Part shown: positions 58,186-64,000 of the stretch, one piece after another | How positions within the stretch are numbered: the first letter of the stretch is position 1 | Layout: each line of letters begins with the position of its first letter | Virus record (IMG/VR): IMGVR_UViG_3300023235_000008 | Location: 62,001 to 126,000 of that record | DNA: 64,000 bases | Reading direction: 5' to 3' (one strand) | The notes under the pieces: generated by a model | What the model was told of the DNA's origin: nothing | The model's input: the letters and a program-made list of their open reading frames with translations, nothing else | Databases searched by the model: none | Made by a program: the position numbers and the translations under genes

Positions 58186-58884
58186 ATGAAGAAAATTATA
58201 GAAATACGCTCCGCAGAAGGTGGGGCAGATAGCCAAATGTTTGTTGGCGATTTAGCCAACGCATACCAGAAATATTTCAATCGTGTAGGTTGAAGTAATC
58301 GCATCGTTCGGGAAAGACCCAGTGATGCGGGGTACTACGAAATTGCCATTGAAGTTGAAGGCAAAAATCTCCAAAAATTAGAAAATGAAACAGGTGGACA
58401 TCGTATTCAACGAGTTCCACCAACGGAAAAGCGTGGGCGGGTTCATACCTCTACGGTAACTGTTGCTGTTCTTGATACTAATGTTAAAACTGATTCGAAG
58501 TATGATTTACTTGACGAACAACATTTCTACGTTGAGTGGTTTAGTGGAACTGGGGCTGGTGGTCAACATAGAAATAAAACTCAAAATAGTTGCAGACTAT
58601 ATCATTTGCCTACAGGATTGGTTGAAAGCCGACAAGGTAGGAAGCGTGATAATAACTTAAAGGATGCCAAGTCAGCATTACTCGAAATATTAAAGAATGC
58701 GAAAAATGGACAAATACAATCCACCAATTCATCTATTAGAAAATCGCAGTTAGGTGCTGGGTGTAGGGGGGATAAAACATTTACTATTAGATTTCAAGAT
58801 GATCAAGCCATTTGTCATGCCAATGGAAAAACAACTACATCCAAAAAGTATATGAAAGGGTTTATGGATGAGTTGTGGTCATAA
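58186..58884 (+). CDS. RF1-type peptide chain release factor homolog with an in-frame UGA at codon 36
   Basis: EIRSAEGG, GGHRIQRVPPTEKRGRVHTSTVTVAVL (PxT), GAGGQH (GGQ). TGA at 58291-58293 with the same frame continuing; GGGGAG RBS. Confidence 0.88.
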
Positions 58885-58946
58885 ATATATTGAGTTGTCA
58901 CGCACAAAAATGGTATAATATATAATAATAGTAAAAGGAAAAAAAT

Positions 58947-59399
58947 ATGATCAAAGCGACACCATTACTTAAAAACAAACTATGGGTATTAGAACAAGAC
59001 GGTCAAAAAATCGGTGCACTACAACTTTCTGAAGATGGATATACAGTCATTCGTGAAGAAAAGAAAGAAAAGTTCTTTACGCCCGAAGAGTTGGCACAGC
59101 ATTATGCTATCACATACGAAAAAGCAAGACCAAAAAGTAAGAAGCAAAAAGTCCTGTATGATTTTCCAACAAACACAACACCGCATAACGAACTATATGA
59201 TGTGCAGCACAGTGTTCCTATCTTTACAAAAGGTGAAAAGTCAAAGTCATTTTATTGTGCTGGTTATTTCATTGTTAACAGTATTGGTAACGTTTGGGAA
59301 AAGATTCATTGCCCAAAGCTATTGATAGTTCAGCGTTATCCCCACTTGGGTCCATTTAAGACCAAGGAAGAAATGAATGCAGCCTACAAAAATATCTAA
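58947..59399 (+). CDS. Hypothetical protein
   Basis: AAGGA RBS; upstream promoter-like sequences. Confidence 0.65.
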   Translation: MIKATPLLKNKLWVLEQDGQKIGALQLSEDGYTVIREEKKEKFFTPEELAQHYAITYEKARPKSKKQKVLYDFPTNTTPHNELYDVQHSVPIFTKGEKSKSFYCAGYFIVNSIGNVWEKIHCPKLLIVQRYPHLGPFKTKEEMNAAYKNI

Positions 59400-59561
59400 G
59401 AAAATATTTATCGAAGGATTAAGCGGAACGTTCGAAAAGAAATGCAGCAACTGTAAATGGGAATACCCCATGGGAAAATACGAAACTGGATGTAATCGCA
59501 AAAACAAATATAAAAATCATTGTAGTGTATCAGCACCAAATGCTTGGAAATGGAACGGAAA

Positions 59562-59789
59562 ATGAATAAACCTAACCTTATAAATATTGATAGAATCAAA
59601 AAGAAAATCCGTAACCTTAATAAACCAAATATGACACTAACCGCCGCCGAACTAAAAGCAGTGGATGCTGATATTGACCAGTTAATGCAATATACCATCG
59701 AACTACAAACAAAGGTTATCGATTTGCAAAATAGTAAGCAAAATGTGTCACAGATTGAAATTGGTGGCGGAGACTTCTTCGGAAAATAA
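59562..59789 (+). CDS. Hypothetical coiled-coil protein
   Basis: ORF ending IEIGGGDFFGK. Confidence 0.55.
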   Translation: MNKPNLINIDRIKKKIRNLNKPNMTLTAAELKAVDADIDQLMQYTIELQTKVIDLQNSKQNVSQIEIGGGDFFGK

Positions 59790-59836
59790 TTTTTCTAGGA
59801 TAAATACATTATATATGTATATTACTAGGAATTTTA

Positions 59837-60130
59837 ATGGCACGACCTAAACCAAAAGTCCTTTCCGAGATTGCGGATAAGGAAGAATACAAAGTTGATC
59901 AAGTTCTCAGAAGCGAGGCTATCTGGGCTATTTTGTATCAAGGCAACCTGATCAATCTAAAATCATCTTCAATGACCAAGAATGGTCTTATCCACAAGTA
60001 TAAGAAAGTAAGTTTTTCTAACAGTGGACACGCTATTAATCTAGCCAAAAAATTAAACAAACAATTCAAATCAACTGAGTTTACAGTGGTTAAACTCACT
60101 GCTGGCGAAACAGTATATGACGAAGGATGA
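59837..60130 (+). CDS. Basic hypothetical protein (late promoter)
   Basis: ATAAATA at 59800-59806; YKKVSFSNSGHAINLA. Confidence 0.65.
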   Translation: MARPKPKVLSEIADKEEYKVDQVLRSEAIWAILYQGNLINLKSSSMTKNGLIHKYKKVSFSNSGHAINLAKKLNKQFKSTEFTVVKLTAGETVYDEG

Positions 60131-60473
60131 ATACAATAATGTATTTAAAGCCGCTTTGTCAGAAAACGGAAGCCAAGTCGATCCACACGATATATGGTTG
60201 AATCCACGCCGTGGACTAAGATTAACCCACTTTGGTTTTCACACTCTCAGAAATGACATAGGATTAGACCCAACATTCTTTGTTTTGGACGACGATTGGA
60301 GTCAAAACAAAATGATGCTCTCATTGGAAAAATATATGCCGAGTCCATACTTCTTGTTATCTTCATATCAAGAGGTAGCTATCTTTTCCGGTAAAGTTGC
60401 AATGTCAATCGGATTAATCGGGTCGGTTGAACAATACACAAAAAATATTGAAAATCATAAAAATAACCATTGA
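60117..60473 (+). CDS. Hypothetical protein
   Basis: Overlapping ORF; GLRLT..GF motif. Confidence 0.6.
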   Translation: MTKDEYNNVFKAALSENGSQVDPHDIWLNPRRGLRLTHFGFHTLRNDIGLDPTFFVLDDDWSQNKMMLSLEKYMPSPYFLLSSYQEVAIFSGKVAMSIGLIGSVEQYTKNIENHKNNH

Positions 60474-60533
60474 CTATATCCTATAAGTAGGTATAATCCT
60501 CTTAGAGTTAATCAACAGAGAGGAAATGCCCAA

Positions 60534-60860
60534 ATGAGTTTTGCCCCAAATTCCACTTACTTTGATATCGGCGATGGTTCAATCCTTGGCTATTTCATTG
60601 AAAAAGAAACAGGCAATCTTTTTGAGTTCTCTGAGAATCCTGACTTGGTTATGTTCCCGCTGGCACACGGCGGGCGCAACACTGATTATCCTCACATGGT
60701 ATGGGTTACCACGCCAGTTGAAGGTATTGACTGTGGATATCGCCAAGCCAAAGTTCTAAACACTGTTATTCACATTGTCACCGACGAACGAGCCGATGGT
60801 TCCGCAGTTGTTGAACGATGGGAAATAAAAAAATTGACGAAATACGAAAAAACCACTTGA
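60534..60860 (+). CDS. Early hypothetical protein
   Basis: Promoter at 60470-60497 and GAGG RBS. Confidence 0.55.
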   Translation: MSFAPNSTYFDIGDGSILGYFIEKETGNLFEFSENPDLVMFPLAHGGRNTDYPHMVWVTTPVEGIDCGYRQAKVLNTVIHIVTDERADGSAVVERWEIKKLTKYEKTT

Positions 60861-60885
60861 CTTAACCGAACGTTTCGGCTATAGT
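60857..60885 (+). promoter_or_regulatory. sigma70-like promoter
   Basis: TTGACT-N17-TATAGT; the spacer contains the inverted repeat CCGAA-CGT-TTCGG. Confidence 0.7.
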
Positions 60886-60937
60886 CTGATTATTGAAACA
60901 CAGCAAATCAAACCAAACCTACACAGGAGTATATTAA

Positions 60938-62074
60938 ATGTCCGCTGTTGAAGCACGAAGTGTTACCCTCGCTCAAGCCGAGCGTCTTGTTAAAAAAGCT
61001 TTCACGTCTAAGCGTCGTGGTAAAGCTGCACCAAAAGTCCCTATGCTTTGGGGTCAGCCCGGTGTTGGTAAATCCGAACTTATTGAAGGTATCGCCGCAA
61101 GCGGTGCGCTTGGTAACTGCAAAGTTATCGACATTCGCCTTCCACTGATGGAGCCTACCGATATTCGTGGTATTCCATACTTCCACCCAACTGAACAGAC
61201 AATGAAATGGGCACCTTCTGAAGAATTCCCTTCTGAAGAAACAGCCGCCGAATACGATCACATGATCTTGTTCTTGGACGAACTTTCCGCTGCCCCGCAG
61301 TCAGTTCAAGCCGCAGCATATCAGCTGATGTTGAACCGCCGTGTTGGTACATACGTCTTGCCTGATAACGTGTTCGTGGTCGCCGCTGGTAACCGTGAAG
61401 GCGATGGTTCAGTGTCCTACAAGATGCCACAGGCACTACGTAACCGTATGATGCACTTCGAAATCCGAGTTGACTTTAACTCTTGGTTCGATTGGGCGAT
61501 TGATGCGGGCATCAATGCCGAGGTTCTGGCTTACCTGTCCAATGCAAAAGGTGACTTGAACAAGTTCAACGCCCGTTCAGCAGAACGTGCATATGCAACC
61601 CCACGGTCTTGGACCTTCGTTTCCGACATTATGGAAGACGCTGGCGAGAGTTCTGAAGGTGACCTGATGGAACTTGTTGCGGGAACAGTTGGCGAAGGTA
61701 CGGCACAATCGTTCATCGCTTACCGTGCAATCGGTAAAGACTTGCCAACACCAGCAGATATCCTGTCTGGTAAAGCCACCGAACTCAAGAATAAAGAAGC
61801 GTCAGCTGCTTACTTCCTGATGTTCAACCTTTGCGAAGAACTTCGGGGTGTGTCTGAAGACAAATCAGTTAAAGCCAAAAAGTTCCACGAAATGGTAAAC
61901 AACGGTCTGGTGTTTATGATGAAGAACTTCACCAAGGATATGACCGTGATGGGTGCACGAACAATGTTGTTCACCTACAAACTCCCAATCAGCCCTGCCG
62001 TGTTGGACTGCTTTGACGAGTTGTATGAAAAGTTGGGCAAGTCAGTCGCCAAGGCGATGCGTCTGGAAAAGTAA
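60938..62074 (+). CDS. MoxR-like AAA+ ATPase
   Basis: GQPGVGKS, LFLDE, AAGNR, ALRNR, TPRSW. Confidence 0.85.
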   Translation: MSAVEARSVTLAQAERLVKKAFTSKRRGKAAPKVPMLWGQPGVGKSELIEGIAASGALGNCKVIDIRLPLMEPTDIRGIPYFHPTEQTMKWAPSEEFPSEETAAEYDHMILFLDELSAAPQSVQAAAYQLMLNRRVGTYVLPDNVFVVAAGNREGDGSVSYKMPQALRNRMMHFEIRVDFNSWFDWAIDAGINAEVLAYLSNAKGDLNKFNARSAERAYATPRSWTFVSDIMEDAGESSEGDLMELVAGTVGEGTAQSFIAYRAIGKDLPTPADILSGKATELKNKEASAAYFLMFNLCEELRGVSEDKSVKAKKFHEMVNNGLVFMMKNFTKDMTVMGARTMLFTYKLPISPAVLDCFDELYEKLGKSVAKAMRLEK

Positions 62075-62093
62075 TCAACAGCGACAAACTGGG

Positions 62094-62120
62094 GCGGGGG
62101 AAATCCCCCCGTCACTTTTT
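62094..62120 (+). terminator. Intrinsic terminator
   Basis: CGGGGG-AAAT-CCCCCCG followed by TTTTT. Confidence 0.7.
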
Positions 62121-62240
62121 CAAATGGAACCTTGACAATGAATGATAAACCTCTTAATATAAACGAACTGATTAATGGCTACGGTTTTATCGAACTTGAT
62201 ACCGATAGCTTTTGGAATACAACCGAAGAGGATGAAGACT

Positions 62241-62846
62241 ATGAGCAAGACTAAATCAACCGAAGAAGTTGCCGATGATATCCGCAACAAAGTCAAAGAT
62301 CACGTGACGCAAGCAACGCAATCAAATGACGAAGACGAGCGTGAGCCTCGTTTCAAAATCGCAATCACGGTATTAAATCCAGAAATGCTTCAAGAAGGTG
62401 CCGAAACGGAAATGACCCAAACCGCACCAGACGAAGAAGGTGTCAAAAGTCTTTTACAGTCACTGAATAGTTATCGTGCCCGTGGTATTGATATTGAAAC
62501 CGATATCGAAGATATGGAAGGCAATAAGTTTGAGCCTTGGGATTTTGGAATGCCAAAGCCAAGTGCATATCAGCGCCGTATCGCCAAAGCAATCGGCAAA
62601 GCAATGGATAACCCAAGCCGTGATACATTCGAAACCCTATGCGAGATTATGGCTTCTAAGCAGTGGCAGACGTGGGATATCATCGAGTCGCTAGACGAAG
62701 TGTTTGGTGAATGGAATGCCGATACTGGCACAATGGATAAGGCCGTTTATGATTTCAGCGACGAGAAAGTTGAAACGGCAATGACCAAAGACAAACTTTC
62801 CAAAGAAGAGTTCTTGGAAGGTCTTTCGCAGAAGGTGAACAACTAA
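62241..62846 (+). CDS. Acidic hypothetical protein
   Basis: Long ORF; start uncertain. Confidence 0.5.
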   Translation: MSKTKSTEEVADDIRNKVKDHVTQATQSNDEDEREPRFKIAITVLNPEMLQEGAETEMTQTAPDEEGVKSLLQSLNSYRARGIDIETDIEDMEGNKFEPWDFGMPKPSAYQRRIAKAIGKAMDNPSRDTFETLCEIMASKQWQTWDIIESLDEVFGEWNADTGTMDKAVYDFSDEKVETAMTKDKLSKEEFLEGLSQKVNN

Positions 62847-63043
62847 TGGCAAGTTCTATTATGTTACATTGGCAAGAACGACTTGACCGTGATTTGGTTG
62901 GTCGTGCTGAAGAGATTATGAACGATCTTGAACACGGCGTCATTGATGAAGACGAAGCATATGAAGAACTTATGTGCAACGAACTCACATGTGACGAAGC
63001 CGAAGACGCCGTTAATCAAGCTGTTTCTTGGAGGGATTCCTGA
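62846..63043 (+). CDS. Small acidic hypothetical protein
   Basis: Coupled ORF. Confidence 0.5.
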   Translation: MASSIMLHWQERLDRDLVGRAEEIMNDLEHGVIDEDEAYEELMCNELTCDEAEDAVNQAVSWRDS

Positions 63044-63363
63044 TGCGAGAGAATCGTCGTAAAGTAACAATCCGTGAAGATGCCACTGGCATTTACTTTA
63101 ACGCCATGGGAGTTACGTGGCGTCCTGATCCTTGGTTCAAAAAGGATAGTGCATTTTGCAATGAAGCAAGAGAGTTTCGGAAAAGCCATGGCGGTATAGT
63201 CGAAGGGTCATATACCCCTGACTATCCAAATACGGGCGACAAAATCTTTGCTGAACCCGATCCAGCCAAAGGCTCTTCGATGGTCGAAGTTCCAATATTG
63301 ATCAATGGTGATGAAGGTTATAGCACCAATAACTGGTCAGATGAAACACTAAAGGATATTTGA
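63043..63363 (+). CDS. Hypothetical protein
   Basis: GGAGGG RBS, TGATG overlap. Confidence 0.5.
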   Translation: MRENRRKVTIREDATGIYFNAMGVTWRPDPWFKKDSAFCNEAREFRKSHGGIVEGSYTPDYPNTGDKIFAEPDPAKGSSMVEVPILINGDEGYSTNNWSDETLKDI

Positions 63364-63635
63364 ATATGTTGATGCCGTATGAAGAGTTTGTCCAGTTGAT
63401 GGTGGACCGTGGCTTTGGCTACTCGTTTACCGATCACGATGGTAAACTACAGCTTGAGTTGGAATACCTGATGGTGTTGGCGCACGAAGATCACTACGAG
63501 TTATTCGTAACCCAAACCGCTGGTGACACCTATCTCATTAAAAAGTTGACGCAATCACTGAACGATATTGACGGTGTTGTAATTAACCAAACCCCTGCGG
63601 AACCTTTCACTCTTGAAGACGAATGGACTTTATGA
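63360..63635 (+). CDS. Hypothetical protein
   Basis: Overlapping ORF. Confidence 0.45.
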   Translation: MNMLMPYEEFVQLMVDRGFGYSFTDHDGKLQLELEYLMVLAHEDHYELFVTQTAGDTYLIKKLTQSLNDIDGVVINQTPAEPFTLEDEWTL

Positions 63636-63999
63636 TGGACTTATCACTTTTTGACGTTTACCTGATTATGCAAGCCGATACTTTCAATGAGGGTATCACT
63701 GTATTATTGGTAATATTTGCCGCAGGAACGGTTGGTTCATTAATGCTTATGGGATTAGCGTCGTTCGATACAGATAATCCAGTTAAAAACCCGTGGGGTA
63801 CGCGACCAGCGTGGTTGATTGCAGTGGGGGTTTTCATTCTATTGAATATTACCTTCCCATCAACCAAAACATCCAGATTTCCAAAGACCTTGCCAATAAC
63901 GAGAACGTGCAAGAAATCGGCGGACTTGCTAACGACGCCCTTAAAAAGCTTCTGAAAGAATACATTGAAGAAGATAAATCAAACGAAGGAAACAAATAA
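63623..63999 (+). pseudogene. Frameshifted membrane protein gene
   Basis: The 2-TM N-part (...ITFPSTKT) continues in another frame as IQISKDLANNENVQEIGG... Confidence 0.4.
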
Positions 64000-64000
64000 T

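Noticed and set aside
58291-58336. Selenocysteine codon with a SECIS element
   Set aside because: The aligned RF1 residue is Trp, not Cys, and the hairpin starts immediately after the UGA rather than at the usual bacterial SECIS spacing.
58186-58884. Calling the gene prfH
   Set aside because: Although short like PrfH, it has the RF1-type PxT motif (VPPT) and RVHTST, and no rtcB neighbour is present.
980-63912. Numerous 60-190 aa antisense or alternate-frame ORFs in the track (e.g. 12618..13070, 39762..40235, 45137..45721)
   Set aside because: They are shadows of well-supported genes, with no RBS and no motifs.
1-64000. Genome-wide UGA-to-Trp recoding (genetic code 4)
   Set aside because: TGA ends many genes with ATGA/GTGA overlaps (e.g. 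15843-15846, 26125-26128, 32868-32871), and conserved Trp residues use TGG. Only the release factor has an internal TGA.
1-64000. tRNA, rRNA or CRISPR array
   Set aside because: No cloverleaf with T-loop GTTCRA context and no regularly spaced repeat-spacer series were seen by eye; tRNAscan-SE and a CRISPR finder would be decisive.

Overview
This is a 64-kb, AT-rich, gene-dense segment of a jumbo T4-like (myovirus-type) phage. The host is probably an alphaproteobacterium, inferred from the flagellin, FecR-domain and Tct-transporter genes. It carries replication and nucleotide genes (PolB, sliding clamp, clamp loader, RNase H-like 5' exonuclease, ThyA, DHFR, dCMP deaminase, MazG, HAD nucleotidase, PhoH), a chaperone/protease set (GroES, DnaJ, ClpA, ClpP), a lysis cassette (lysozyme, holin, spanins), sugar-nucleotide genes, and many putative head-packaged proteins with N-terminal (I/L)-x-E motifs. 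Two promoter classes are visible: sigma70-like TTGACA/TATAAT and late-type ATAAATA. Five features stand out. (1) DNA polymerase B is encoded in three pieces that must be assembled by a non-covalent split in the fingers, splicing of a 246-nt group I intron in motif B, and trans-splicing by a naturally split, cysteine-free intein at YGDTD/S. (2) An RF1-type release factor gene is interrupted by a single in-frame UGA at a position that is usually Trp, followed immediately by a stem-loop, in a genome that otherwise uses UGA as stop. (3) A flagellin gene sits under a late promoter and carries a 1-nt deletion. (4) ThyA has a ~280-aa HNH-like endonuclease inserted in frame with no intron or intein signals. 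(5) An 18-bp palindrome appears to act as a bidirectional late promoter for two leaderless genes. Several host-derived genes are frameshifted or internally deleted while core genes are intact. No tRNA, rRNA or CRISPR array was recognised. The ORF track mislabels 5470..6153, which is on the minus strand. All family assignments come from motif recognition by eye; no database searches were run.
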